Virus record (IMG/VR): IMGVR_UViG_3300020059_000001
Coordinates: 14,679 to 78,678 of that record
Direction: 5' to 3' (one strand)
Origin: a virus
Lineage: Duplodnaviria > Heunggongvirae > Uroviricota > Caudoviricetes
Length of the DNA: 64,000 bases
In this document: positions 33,365 to 42,218 of the stretch, one piece after another
How the letters are laid out: every line of letters begins with the position of its first letter
Position numbering within the stretch: the first letter of the stretch is position 1
The notes under the pieces: generated by a model
What the model was told of the DNA's origin: nothing
The model's database searches: none
What the model saw: the letters and a program-made list of their open reading frames with translations, nothing else
Translations under genes and position numbers: made by a program

Positions 33365-34234
33365 TCAGGCGTAGAGTCCGCGGTGAATGGGGGTGCCGCG
33401 GAGGATGGGTACACCGACGCCGTTGTTCGGTTTGTTGTCCGTGGTTGTGCCGGCGGCCAGTTCAGCGACGACGCCTTCGAATGCGGCGTTGACGACATCC
33501 TGGATCTGATCCAGGATGTAGATCATTCCGAGGCCGCCGCTGGCGATGCGGTACCGCAGCCGGGCCGTCACCGGCTCCGCCTCCGTGGCACCCTCGAAGA
33601 TCGGCAGTCCCAGTTCGAACGTGTCCGGGATGGTGAGCTTGCCGCTATTACCCGCTGACGCGTCGATCTGCTCAACCCACTCCAGCTGCCGCTGCCCCGA
33701 CTTCAACATGTTCGACGACTTGAACGTCGCCTTCGTCGTGGCATGGAACGTTTGCGCCAACTCCAACAGCTCGGCTGCCGCCGGCACCCGGATGTCGGCC
33801 CGGTGGTCCTCGATGAACTCGGCGAACTCCACCTGGGAATGCCTGTAGTTAGACCGGTGCTGCCAGGCGGCGAACTGTTCACTGTGCTGGAGTTGCAGCA
33901 CCACGTGGTGGTCACCGAACCGGGGACCAATCGCCTCGTGGGCATTGAGGACACCGGTTATGAGCAGCTTGGACCGGTCGGCGTACACCTCCGAGTCGAG
34001 GTCGGAATGCTTGTTCCAGTAGGCCAGGAACGAGGCGCTGTCCCGCACGACGACCATGCCGCGCTTACGGCGCGGCGTCGGCAGGTACTTGTCGTCGGTC
34101 AGGTCGACGGTCTGGATAGCGCCGCCGTGGGCGTGGAAGACGTAGATTTTGCCGGGTTCTACCTCTTCGGCGGCAGCGGCGTCGCTGCCGAGCTGGGCAA
34201 TGGCAGAGACAGCGTCCGGGTTGGGGATGCTCAC
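33365..34234 (-). CDS. hypothetical protein (possibly DUF2303-like)
   Basis: ORF 33365..34234, 289 aa. Confidence 0.4.
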   Translation of the reverse strand: MSIPNPDAVSAIAQLGSDAAAAEEVEPGKIYVFHAHGGAIQTVDLTDDKYLPTPRRKRGMVVVRDSASFLAYWNKHSDLDSEVYADRSKLLITGVLNAHEAIGPRFGDHHVVLQLQHSEQFAAWQHRSNYRHSQVEFAEFIEDHRADIRVPAAAELLELAQTFHATTKATFKSSNMLKSGQRQLEWVEQIDASAGNSGKLTIPDTFELGLPIFEGATEAEPVTARLRYRIASGGLGMIYILDQIQDVVNAAFEGVVAELAAGTTTDNKPNNGVGVPILRGTPIHRGLYA

Positions 34235-34587
34235 GCGGTTTCCTTCGCGCCTGCGACCCGTAGTGGCAGGGTCGGCTGGTTGGGGTCGTCACGGGTGAGG
34301 TTGCCGGCAACGTCGTGGAAGAACACAGCGCTGGGCGCGTCGCCGGCCGGGGCCTTCAGCACGCTCACTGCGGTGACGACAAGGTTTGACGTGTTGCCGG
34401 GTTTGATCGGCGCCACCGTCAAGGTGAGCTGGATGGTGCCTTTCCGTCCGGTTTCGGTCACCGCCGCGGTGAGCTGCCGCAGCTCATCGGAAACCTTGGC
34501 GTGTGCAGCACCTTTCGCGATTTCCTGCAATGTTGCAGAAAAAGGCTTTACCTGCTGCATGTCGTTGGGCTGGATTTTCTCGGCCAC
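34231..34587 (-). CDS. hypothetical protein
   Basis: ORF 34231..34587; stop overlaps downstream start. Confidence 0.4.
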   Translation of the reverse strand: MAEKIQPNDMQQVKPFSATLQEIAKGAAHAKVSDELRQLTAAVTETGRKGTIQLTLTVAPIKPGNTSNLVVTAVSVLKAPAGDAPSAVFFHDVAGNLTRDDPNQPTLPLRVAGAKETA

Positions 34588-34606
34588 TACCTGACCCCCT
34601 TTTTTC

Positions 34607-34779
34607 TACAGTCGGCCGGCGGCGGCTAGTTTGCCTAACCGCTGCCAGCGTCGGTGGATCGCTTCCAGCTCGAATGGTTTGTAGTCGCGGGCGTACTGAG
34701 GCTGCGACGACCAGGCCTTGAGCATCTGGTCGTAGGTCATGCCTACATAGTTGATTTTGCCGTCACCGTTGCTGGCCAT
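34607..34779 (-). CDS. small protein (57 aa, MASNGDGKINYVGMTYDQMLKAW...)
   Basis: below ORF-track length; AAGGAG RBS 7 nt upstream of ATG 34777-34779. Confidence 0.45.
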
Positions 34780-35165
34780 CTCTGCGGCTCCTTACCGGAT
34801 TGTTTCTCAACCTCGGCCCTGATTTGTGATCTGGTTTGTCGGCAGATTAGCCAGGCTGCCCGGTAGCGGGTGGCGCGGCGTTCGTCGTCGTCGTGGGCCC
34901 GCCGGGCCGCGGCTAGTTCTTTCCTCAGCTGATCGATTTCGTCGGATGCTGCGGTGAGGGCGGTGTTCATCTTGAATCGGTCTTCGACCGCTTTGAGCAG
35001 GTTCGTTTCGAGGGCGGCGATCCGGTTACGGTCGTCGTTACGGGCGTTGATGAGTCGACCGATCCGGCGGGTCTGCATCCGGAACATGCGCCAGCCGAGT
35101 TCGGCGTCGGAGTGGAGCCTGCGCACACCAGGGTCGATGATTGCTATCAGTCGGCGACGGATCAT
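34743..35165 (-). CDS. hypothetical coiled-coil protein
   Basis: internal ATG of ORF 34743..35207 with GAGGAG RBS; ATGA overlap with upstream gene. Confidence 0.4.
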   Translation of the reverse strand: MIRRRLIAIIDPGVRRLHSDAELGWRMFRMQTRRIGRLINARNDDRNRIAALETNLLKAVEDRFKMNTALTAASDEIDQLRKELAAARRAHDDDERRATRYRAAWLICRQTRSQIRAEVEKQSGKEPQRWPATVTAKSTM

Positions 35166-35167
35166 GG

Positions 35168-35446
35168 CTACTCCACTCCTCTCATTTCGTCGGCTACGTG
35201 TTCCCAAAATTCGTCGTCCGGATCGTCGGCTACTGCCTCGGCATAAGCCATTACGTCTTCGTCTTCTTCTTCGTCGTCGGGTCGGATAAAGTCAAAGACG
35301 GTCATGACGAGGTTGTGTCCGCCAAGTATGAGTATCAGTAGAATTGACAGCAGTGTTGAGATGGCTTGTGTTGCGAAGAGGTGGCTCAACAGCCAGTGCA
35401 TGTTTAGGTAGATTCCGTTAGTGGAAGCAACTATGGCAGAAGGCAC
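35168..35446 (-). CDS. membrane protein with acidic C-terminal tail
   Basis: TM segment AISTLLSILLILILGG; C-term DDEEEDEDVMAYAEAVADDPDDEFWE. Confidence 0.4.
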   Translation of the reverse strand: MPSAIVASTNGIYLNMHWLLSHLFATQAISTLLSILLILILGGHNLVMTVFDFIRPDDEEEDEDVMAYAEAVADDPDDEFWEHVADEMRGVE

Positions 35447-35640
35447 GTTGAAGCCAGGCGTGGACCTGGACGAGTGTTACCCAATGGCCTTGGTCGCCGG
35501 TCCAGGATTTACCGCAGCGGGTGTGCCATAGATCTTGTTCGACATCATGGGCAACACCGTCCTTGGAGAACAGGAAAACCGGATAGCTATTGGACAGCTG
35601 GTCGAGATGCAGTGGTAGCGCCGAAGAGGACGCCGGCATG

Positions 35641-35849
35641 TCAGAACGTCACCCTTCCCTGCTCGTCATACTGGGTGGGACCGCCAGTGTGGTCATGGTC
35701 GGGGGTTTCGGCCTTAAGGTCACGGACGCGTTTGGCCAGCCGCCGGTCGTCGCGTATAGCCAAGTAGAGACAGAAGTAGCAGCCAGCGGTAACGAGGAAC
35801 CCGACGGCGGCGACGAGGAACGCGACGGTACCGAGCAGCCATTTCATTA
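35641..35849 (-). CDS. small membrane protein (68 aa)
   Basis: MKWLLGTVAFLVAAVGFLVTAGCYFCLYLAI; ATGA overlap with upstream gene at 35847. Confidence 0.4.
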
Positions 35850-36191
35850 GGCGCCGACCAGGGCCATGCCGATGGTGGCGGCTTCGTCGGGGTGGGCGTC
35901 GGTGAGGAATACGAGGGCCATGGTTTCGATGGTGTGGGCGCCGTCGCGGACCATGTTCTCGATGCGGTCCATTTCGTTGTTCCAGGTGAGCCAGAACGCG
36001 GCGTCTGCGTCGGCTTCCCGGCTGGCGTTGTCCCAGTCGGGTGGGTCGGCGGCGGCGAAGTCCGCGGCCGGTGACCAGCCGGCGTGGGCACCTTCGTGTT
36101 CGGGTGGGGCGGCGACCATGCACCAACGTGACCAGGTCCATGCCTCTACAGCGAGGACTAGTCGAAGTATCCAGCGGAGGTAGCGGGTCAT
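35847..36191 (-). CDS. hypothetical protein
   Basis: internal ATG 36189-36191 with GGAGAA RBS; upstream part of ORF 35847..36479 is Arg/Pro-rich non-coding-looking. Confidence 0.4.
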   Translation of the reverse strand: MTRYLRWILRLVLAVEAWTWSRWCMVAAPPEHEGAHAGWSPAADFAAADPPDWDNASREADADAAFWLTWNNEMDRIENMVRDGAHTIETMALVFLTDAHPDEAATIGMALVGA

Positions 36192-36565
36192 GGTGTTCTC
36201 CGTTCCAGCGCCTCGGCGGCGGCCTGGAACAGGCGGACCGCGTCGTCGGTACCCCCGCAGTGGGTGGCGTTCCAGTCGAAGGCGTAGCGCAGGCCGGTGG
36301 TCGCCAGGACGTGCTCGTTGAGTACCTGGGTGGCCCGCCAGATCCGGGTACGTTGTTCGTCGCTGGGGATGAAGGTGGGGTCGACCGATGACGACGCGAT
36401 GCTGTAGATGGCCATCCGGAGGGCGCCGAAGATGCCGATCTGGCCGGTTCTGTGTTCGAGCCAGTGGACGGGTGCCCACCCGTATGTGGCTTGTTGGACA
36501 GCGGCGGCCTGGAGGTCGTCGATGGTTTGTCGGGTGGGCACGATCGGTGTGGTTATGCCTGTCAT
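36188..36565 (-). CDS. hypothetical protein
   Basis: ATG 36563-36565 with GGAGACG RBS. Confidence 0.4.
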   Translation of the reverse strand: MTGITTPIVPTRQTIDDLQAAAVQQATYGWAPVHWLEHRTGQIGIFGALRMAIYSIASSSVDPTFIPSDEQRTRIWRATQVLNEHVLATTGLRYAFDWNATHCGGTDDAVRLFQAAAEALERRTP

Positions 36566-36834
36566 GCGGCGTCTCCGGATGCGGCGGTTGGCCATCCGGT
36601 GGAGACGTCGGCGTACCGTGGGGCGTCGGGGTTGAACTCGCCGCGCTCGATGGCTTCGACGATCACGACGGGGATTCGAAACTCGCCGCTAGGCAACTTG
36701 ATCGCTCGATTTACCACGTCACCGACGTGGAGGACGAGTTTGCCGTCGCGACACCATGCCCGTACTGCGTCGCCGCTGGCGTTCAGTCGAAGCCCCACCT
36801 GCTTAACTGTGAGAAGCGTGGGGACCTGTGTCAT
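36562..36834 (-). CDS. excisionase-like HTH_17 DNA-binding protein (candidate Xis/Cro-like)
   Basis: LLTVKQVGLRLNASGDAVRAWCRDGKL; divergent from repressor-integrase operon. Confidence 0.5.
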   Translation of the reverse strand: MTQVPTLLTVKQVGLRLNASGDAVRAWCRDGKLVLHVGDVVNRAIKLPSGEFRIPVVIVEAIERGEFNPDAPRYADVSTGWPTAASGDAA

Positions 36835-36945
36835 GTGGGCAAAGCTAGCTCAACGTGTGGACCTGCGTCAACCACAGGTTGCATTGAGATCCACAGATCG
36901 TCCTGCGGATCTTGTAATTCGTGTCGTTTCACGTATCCTGTGGAT
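36835..36945. promoter_or_regulatory. divergent promoter/operator region with repeated CCACAGG / CCTGTGG half-sites
   Basis: CCACAGG 36873, ATCCACAG 36889, CCTGTGGAT 36937; AGATC-N9-GATCT. Confidence 0.45.
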
Positions 36946-37506
36946 ATGACCGTGACACCTGGGGAACGCGTAACCATCGGATGGGTACCCGACGACAACA
37001 CCGTCGGCGCCCGACTCATCCTCATCCGACAACGCAAAGGCTGGACAAACCTCTCCTACGCCGCCAAGGCCTGCGACGTCGCACCCGAGACCTGGCGGGC
37101 CTGGGAGAACAACACGAACAAGAACCCGCGCAACTACGAGGCGATCGTCGCGAAGATCGCCCGCAAGTCCGGCTGCGACGCCGGCTGGCTCTACGCCGGC
37201 CCGGAACTCACCGGCAAGATCGACCTAGACAAGCTCGAAGACACCCTCAGACGGGGTCTGAGCGGCCCAACGGCGCTAGCCCTCGCCCTACGTCCCGGTA
37301 CCGATGTGGGCTCGCTTCAAGATACCGGTGGGTATCAAAACAACGCTGATCGGTCATCGACAAATCAGACAACCGATTACATAGGCCGACGTCTCGACGA
37401 AGTCACCCGCCCAGGTGGCCGACCCCAGACGAGTCAGACCTCACTGACCGGCCCGAAACCCGACCGGCCACCCAAGTTGCGCGGCACCACCACCAGGCAA
37501 GGCTGA
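36946..37506 (+). CDS. XRE-family HTH protein (candidate phage repressor)
   Basis: ARLILIRQRKGWTNLSYAAKACDVAPETWRAWENN; immediately upstream of integrase. Confidence 0.55.
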   Translation: MTVTPGERVTIGWVPDDNTVGARLILIRQRKGWTNLSYAAKACDVAPETWRAWENNTNKNPRNYEAIVAKIARKSGCDAGWLYAGPELTGKIDLDKLEDTLRRGLSGPTALALALRPGTDVGSLQDTGGYQNNADRSSTNQTTDYIGRRLDEVTRPGGRPQTSQTSLTGPKPDRPPKLRGTTTRQG

Positions 37507-37510
37507 AATT

Positions 37511-38515
37511 ATGCGGACCGACAGCCCGAACATGGACATGATCGAAACCCATCGAACCTGGATGAGTCTCGGTTTCTCCGACAACACAGTCCGCGACGCA
37601 TGCGAACTGCTATATCGGATGGACCGAGATCTGATCGCCATGCAAGCCGCGGTGAACGAACCCTCCGGTGGTCTAGCCACCGCGCTAGGCGACGAACTCG
37701 TAGCCTGGCTCGCCAAGCCCCGACACTGGGAAACACACCCACTTCCTGGCAGCCGCCCGCGCCGACGCACTTCGGCGAAACAGTGGAGCAATCAGACCCG
37801 GGCAACCTACCGTCAAATCGTCGTACGGTTTTACCGGTGGGCAGAGCGCAATGGATGGATAGACCACGACCCGTCGATCGATCTGATTTCGCCGAAAATA
37901 TACGAGCCGGTACCGAAACCGGCTACCGACGCACAGGTCAGGCTCATCGAGACCACCGCGGTCGACCCACACTGGTTGCACCTACTCCTCGCCGCATACC
38001 AAGGATTCCGGCCCAGTGACGTGGCGAACGCCGAACGGAAGCATTTCGCGTTGGGTACCTGCGAGGTTGACGGCATTCTGGTGGAGATGCCGACGGTTAC
38101 AGTCCGCGGCAAAGGCAACAAGCCGGCAATTCTGCCCTGTGACCAGTTGATCTGGAAGGCAGTAAAGGACTTACCGGCGGGTCCGATCGCTCGGCGCCCA
38201 AGGGGCGGCAGACACCGTACCGGATTAGTCACCGCACAGGACGTTACCAACGACACCACTTACTACCTACATCATAAACTGCGCATGGATATCACCATGC
38301 GCAGCCTACGAGCCTGGTACGCAACCACAATGTTGGATCTCTATAAGAATCCGCGAGTTGTGCAGGAGTTAATGCGGCACAGTTCGTTGAACACGTTGCA
38401 ACGTTACGCCGCGGTCGGCACGGCCCGACAACGAGCAGCACTGCTTACTCTGCCTCATTTCGGCGGCCGTAGCGTAACCGCCGAGGACGCTGAACAGACA
38501 GAGGACCGGGGTTGA
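37511..38515 (+). CDS. int: tyrosine recombinase / phage integrase
   Basis: catalytic motifs LRAWYATTM, ELMRHSSLNTLQRY (R..H..R...Y); N-terminal SAM-like arm. Confidence 0.8.
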   Translation: MRTDSPNMDMIETHRTWMSLGFSDNTVRDACELLYRMDRDLIAMQAAVNEPSGGLATALGDELVAWLAKPRHWETHPLPGSRPRRRTSAKQWSNQTRATYRQIVVRFYRWAERNGWIDHDPSIDLISPKIYEPVPKPATDAQVRLIETTAVDPHWLHLLLAAYQGFRPSDVANAERKHFALGTCEVDGILVEMPTVTVRGKGNKPAILPCDQLIWKAVKDLPAGPIARRPRGGRHRTGLVTAQDVTNDTTYYLHHKLRMDITMRSLRAWYATTMLDLYKNPRVVQELMRHSSLNTLQRYAAVGTARQRAALLTLPHFGGRSVTAEDAEQTEDRG

Positions 38516-38759
38516 CGGGCAGTTCCTGGCTAATGATCTCCAGGTAGCCGTCGAGTACGTCTCTTCGGGAGGTGGCCACGATCCGGTCGGCTTGGCCGGT
38601 CTGCACCATCTGGATCGCTCCGATGATCCGTCTCGTGGCGGCGACCACCCTGTACCCGTGACGTTGGCAGTAGCGCAGCAACGTGTCGATGTCGTCTAAC
38701 GTGAACCGTTCGTTGAGCAGGGCAACTGCTCGTTTCTGTGGGCTGGGCACGGTAGGCAC
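38445..38759 (-). CDS. hypothetical protein (weak resemblance to resolvase N-terminal domain; possibly a gene fragment)
   Basis: ORF 38445..38759; QADRIVATSRRDVLDGY. Confidence 0.25.
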   Translation of the reverse strand: MPTVPSPQKRAVALLNERFTLDDIDTLLRYCQRHGYRVVAATRRIIGAIQMVQTGQADRIVATSRRDVLDGYLEIISQELPVNPGPLSVQRPRRLRYGRRNEAE

Positions 38760-38867
38760 GCTCCCGTCGTGATCGACGCACGAACTTCCCCAGTACCAGC
38801 GGATACAACTGGTCTAACGCAGCAGGGTAGTGAAACGTAACGTTGTGGCGAGATCACTCAAACGGAT

Positions 38868-38886
38868 GGACTTGTAGGACTTGTAG
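38868..38886 (+). repeat. tandem direct repeat GGACTTGTAG-GACTTGTAG
   Basis: read directly; 350 bp downstream of int; candidate arm-type site. Confidence 0.4.
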
Positions 38887-38902
38887 CGATCGATTCGGGT
38901 CC

Positions 38903-38978
38903 GGGGGTACAGTAAAAGACGGTGCGACGCGCGTCGAGGCTGATCGACTGCGCGTCGCACCGTCTTTTACGGGGGTAT
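38903..38978. repeat. 21-bp perfect inverted repeat (GTAAAAGACGGTGCGACGCGC ... GCGCGTCGCACCGTCTTTTAC) flanked by direct GGGGGTA repeats
   Basis: arms 38912-38932 and 38950-38970, loop itself pairs GTCGA/TCGAC; on minus strand the hairpin is followed by TCTTTTAC (terminator for gene 38988..39362). Confidence 0.6.
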
Positions 38979-38987
38979 GACGGACCG

Positions 38988-39362
38988 TCAGGCCAGTTCG
39001 TGCAGCTCCCAGCCACCGTTGGCCGGCACCAGCTCGTACTGCTTCGCGGCATCCAGTTCCACCGTCCGCGCATTGCGCAGCGGCAGCTGGTCGGTGTACT
39101 GGCCGACGGTCGCCAGCCGGTAGGTGTGGCCGGACGACCAGTGCGAGCAGGTCACGACCCAGCCGATCTCGTCGCGGACCAGCGTGTAGGTGCAGTTGGG
39201 TTGCATCCAGCGAACCCAGACGCCGTCGTTCTGGAGGTAGACGCCGTCGGGCTGGTGGCTGACCACGGTGCCTTCGCCGTGACCGGTGAGCCGGGCCGTG
39301 CCGTTGATGCGGAGTTCACCGAGGATCGTCGGGGACGGTTTCGTTGGTGTGAGTGTCTTCAT
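38988..39362 (-). CDS. hypothetical protein
   Basis: AAAGGA RBS 7 nt before ATG 39360-39362. Confidence 0.45.
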   Translation of the reverse strand: MKTLTPTKPSPTILGELRINGTARLTGHGEGTVVSHQPDGVYLQNDGVWVRWMQPNCTYTLVRDEIGWVVTCSHWSSGHTYRLATVGQYTDQLPLRNARTVELDAAKQYELVPANGGWELHELA

Positions 39363-40143
39363 GATCTTGTCCTTTCATGACGTACTCGATCTCGTGCCGG
39401 TCCTGCGGAAGGATGAAAATCGTCAGCCGCAGCGCAGTGCCGTCAGCACCGTAGGACCGGCGGATGACCTCGGCGACCTGGACACCACGGGGGATCCGTA
39501 GCAGTTGAGCCTCGTCCCGGGACGGCGCACGGGCCCGAACTCGATCTTTGGTAACGATCCACGGTCGGCCAAGTTCCTCGAAGACCCGGTACACGCCAGG
39601 CAGGACGTCACCTGGCATTTCGATCGCAGTGCCCTTCACGATGCTGAGCGGGTAGTAGGAGTCCGCGGTGTGGTAGGCCTCGCCATCGACGTAGCGGATT
39701 CGGCGACGTACCACGACCGGGTCGGCCGGGTTCAACCCGATCCAGTCGGCTGCCTTTCCGCGGGCGAGGGCCCGTTCGACCCGGATCCGTTCGGTGGGTA
39801 CGCGGCCTTGCTCGCGGATGCTTTGGCTCCACACGTCGGACGGTGACAGGTCGGTGCGGGCGTTGCGTTCGTCGTGGCTGGCGATCCACAGCAGGGGGCG
39901 TGCTGAGAAGACGACGTGCCCTTTGCCGGTGATCGATGTGATGAGTCCTTCGGCGGTGAGGTCGGCGATGGCGCGGCGGATGGTTGTTCGGGCGACGCCG
40001 TATTGGTCGACGAGGGCGGCTTCGGATGGCAGGAGTGCCCCGGCGGGGAGGTCTTGACTGAGGATCTTGTCGCGTAGATCGGCGGCGATGCGTTCGTAGA
40101 GTCGATCGCTGGTCAAGCTGGCCACCTCTCCATCTTCCGGCAC
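39316..40143 (-). CDS. GntR-family (HutC-type, UTRA effector domain) transcriptional regulator
   Basis: LYERIAADLRDKILSQDLPAGALLPSEAALVDQYGVARTTIRRAIADLTAEGLI wHTH; GTG start. Confidence 0.7.
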   Translation of the reverse strand: MPEDGEVASLTSDRLYERIAADLRDKILSQDLPAGALLPSEAALVDQYGVARTTIRRAIADLTAEGLITSITGKGHVVFSARPLLWIASHDERNARTDLSPSDVWSQSIREQGRVPTERIRVERALARGKAADWIGLNPADPVVVRRRIRYVDGEAYHTADSYYPLSIVKGTAIEMPGDVLPGVYRVFEELGRPWIVTKDRVRARAPSRDEAQLLRIPRGVQVAEVIRRSYGADGTALRLTIFILPQDRHEIEYVMKGQDHEDTHTNETVPDDPR

Positions 40144-40232
40144 CTGTACCTACCTGTCCAGACAGGTGACTGGGGGGTTGTGAGGGTACAGGGTGCCAGC
40201 GTACCCTCGCCTGTAGCTCCTGTACCTACAGG
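40141..40232. promoter_or_regulatory. operator-like palindromes upstream of gntR: CACCTGT..ACAGGTG and CCTGTA..TACAGG
   Basis: ACCTGTCC-AG-ACAGGT (40153-40168); CTGTACCTACAG perfect palindrome (40220-40231). Confidence 0.45.
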
Positions 40233-40355
40233 AAGGGCGGAGTCCCACAGACCGACGTGGTGGCCGGCGCCAAACTACGCCGAACGCTCCCAGTAGGCCG
40301 CGTCAAGACCTGGCCATCACGTCCCTTCCAACCAGGATTACGAGGGACCCGGCGG

Positions 40356-40604
40356 ATGACTCCAACAGCGACCCTGCCAGCAGCCGACACAGCGCATACC
40401 GTCGCGGAAGAAATCGTCACGGCACTTACCTGCGCCCGCAGCGTCGGCCTGCGCGTTCATGTGAAAGACATGATCAGAGTCGTCTGTCCGGACTGCGACA
40501 CCGCCCTAGTCTTCTCGTGCAACCATTGGCAACCCACCGGCGCGGCCCGGCTCATTGGCCTATTCTCAATGACTCACCCCACCGACAGCAGGCGGACCCG
40601 ATGA
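40356..40604 (+). CDS. hypothetical Cys-rich protein
   Basis: GAGGGA RBS 8 nt upstream of ATG 40356; CPDCD...SCNHW. Confidence 0.4.
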   Translation: MTPTATLPAADTAHTVAEEIVTALTCARSVGLRVHVKDMIRVVCPDCDTALVFSCNHWQPTGAARLIGLFSMTHPTDSRRTR

Positions 40605-40870
40605 CGGAAATACGGCCCCGACGCAGCTGCGGATCCATCCTCCACAAAATCCAGGAATGGGAACACCCGGATCGGCCTTACGTTCGCGACATCTACGATG
40701 CGCTGGAACGAGGCTTTACGATCGATACGGATATGGAATTCGGGGCGTACCGTACCGCACTCATCAGTTGCGATCTTCTCGACGACCGCGTCTTGAACAA
40801 AATTCTTGAGTCGCTGGCCGACCAGGCTCATGCGTGGTTGGCCGCCAAGGGACTCTCCGTACCGGGTTGA
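40601..40870 (+). CDS. hypothetical protein
   Basis: ATGA overlap with upstream gene. Confidence 0.4.
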   Translation: MTEIRPRRSCGSILHKIQEWEHPDRPYVRDIYDALERGFTIDTDMEFGAYRTALISCDLLDDRVLNKILESLADQAHAWLAAKGLSVPG

Positions 40871-40896
40871 GCCGACTAGGATCGGTTCCCCGCCGC

Positions 40897-40954
40897 GGTG
40901 GCCTCCGGAACGGGTCTTCAGGAACCCGATCCGGAGGCCACCACCTCTTTTAGG
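40897..40954 (+). terminator. rho-independent terminator: 13-bp stem GGTGGCCTCCGGA/TCCGGAGGCCACC with structured loop, then CTCTTTT
   Basis: read directly downstream of + operon 40356-40870. Confidence 0.6.
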
Positions 40955-40956
40955 CT

Positions 40957-41010
40957 GGTAGGTGGGTAGTCCCTGAGGATCGAGGGGACCTCAGGGACTA
41001 CCCACCTACC
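40957..41010. terminator. second hairpin, 22-bp perfect stem GGTAGGTGGGTAGTCCCTGAGG/CCTCAGGGACTACCCACCTACC
   Basis: arms 40957-40978 and 40989-41010; followed by GTCATGTTTGTTG. Confidence 0.5.
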
Positions 41011-41217
41011 GTCATGTTTGTTGATGCGCCCAGCGGGCAATCGTCGGATGCCCGGTTCTGCGGGTGTGGTCTTCCGAATCGGTCAGCGGATCCGTCTGGT
41101 ACGACGGCTGCCACGCCCAGTCACAAGAGCAGCATTCCGCGAATGTCGAGGGCAACTGTTCCGGGTCGGGTTCTGACTCGGAACGAGGGCGACGTCCTCG
41201 ACGAGACGGCACAGTTC

Positions 41218-41775
41218 TTAGGCCTTGACGACCCGGCGGCGGCGTACCCGACTGACGACAATCCCGGCCAGGCCGACCGCGACCAGCGCCCCGCCGGTGG
41301 CGGCGAGCTTGCCGCTACCAGACCCGGTCACCGGCAGTGTGTTACCCACCACGCCAACCGGCGACATCGACGGGGCCGCTGAGGCCGGCGCAGAGCCAGA
41401 GGGTGATGCCGATGCGGATGCGGACGGCGACTTCGACGACGACGGCGACGGCGACGGCAACGGGCTGTGGATCAGCGGGTAGCAGATCGGAATCAGCTTC
41501 CGGTTCTTGTCCAATTCCAGCACCGGAAGTGCCGAGCTACTTGCAGACGCGCTCGGGCACGGTTCGGTGGGTACCCACCGCCAGCCATCGTGGTTCTGGC
41601 ACTGGTACATCCGGCCGGCCGGTCCCAGTCGTACCGCCAGATGTTGGACGGCAGTGCAATAGGCGCCCGGTGTTACCGGGATTACCGGGGCTGTCGCGGA
41701 GGCCGGTGCGGCCACCGCTAACAGCCCTGCGAACAGGACAACCAGCGGTGCCATGATCTTAACGATCCGGGTCAC
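41218..41775 (-). CDS. secreted LPXTG-type sortase-anchored surface protein
   Basis: signal peptide MTRIVKIMAPLVVLFAGLLAVAAPASA; Ser/Pro-rich linker; LPVTG + hydrophobic segment + RVRRRR tail. Confidence 0.65.
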   Translation of the reverse strand: MTRIVKIMAPLVVLFAGLLAVAAPASATAPVIPVTPGAYCTAVQHLAVRLGPAGRMYQCQNHDGWRWVPTEPCPSASASSSALPVLELDKNRKLIPICYPLIHSPLPSPSPSSSKSPSASASASPSGSAPASAAPSMSPVGVVGNTLPVTGSGSGKLAATGGALVAVGLAGIVVSRVRRRRVVKA

Positions 41776-41816
41776 TTACTATTCCTCTCCGAACGGAAAA
41801 TGGGGGTACTGCTCAG

Positions 41817-42218
41817 CTAGCGTCGTTCGACCCAGGCCCTGTACTGGATCCAGGTCAGACCCAAATATGCGTGCAGGGTATTGCGGGCAGCCGGATGGTC
41901 GTCGGGTAGGTCATGCCATTCGGCGATCATCCTGTCCCGGCGTCGGTCTTCGGCGACCTGGTACGCCGGCTTGTGGCCAGGTTTCCAGGTCAGTTCGGGC
42001 GGGATCGCTGCCCGTGCCGTCGAGTGCGGCCCGTCGGCGTGGAAGCCGTCCGGTTCGCCGCAGGTAGGGCAGCCGCCCATGACGTCGATGAACGCCACCG
42101 GGGTATCCGGTTGGGCCGGGACAATCGCGCTCGCGGTCTGACGGACCGCGGTAGCGAGCTGGGTACGCAGCTCCCGGGCGCGATCGTGAGTTTCGGTGGC
42201 GAACCCGGTAGCGGTCAC
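41817..42218 (-). CDS. hypothetical protein
   Basis: ORF 41817..42218; CPTCGEPDG. Confidence 0.35.
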   Translation of the reverse strand: MTATGFATETHDRARELRTQLATAVRQTASAIVPAQPDTPVAFIDVMGGCPTCGEPDGFHADGPHSTARAAIPPELTWKPGHKPAYQVAEDRRRDRMIAEWHDLPDDHPAARNTLHAYLGLTWIQYRAWVERR

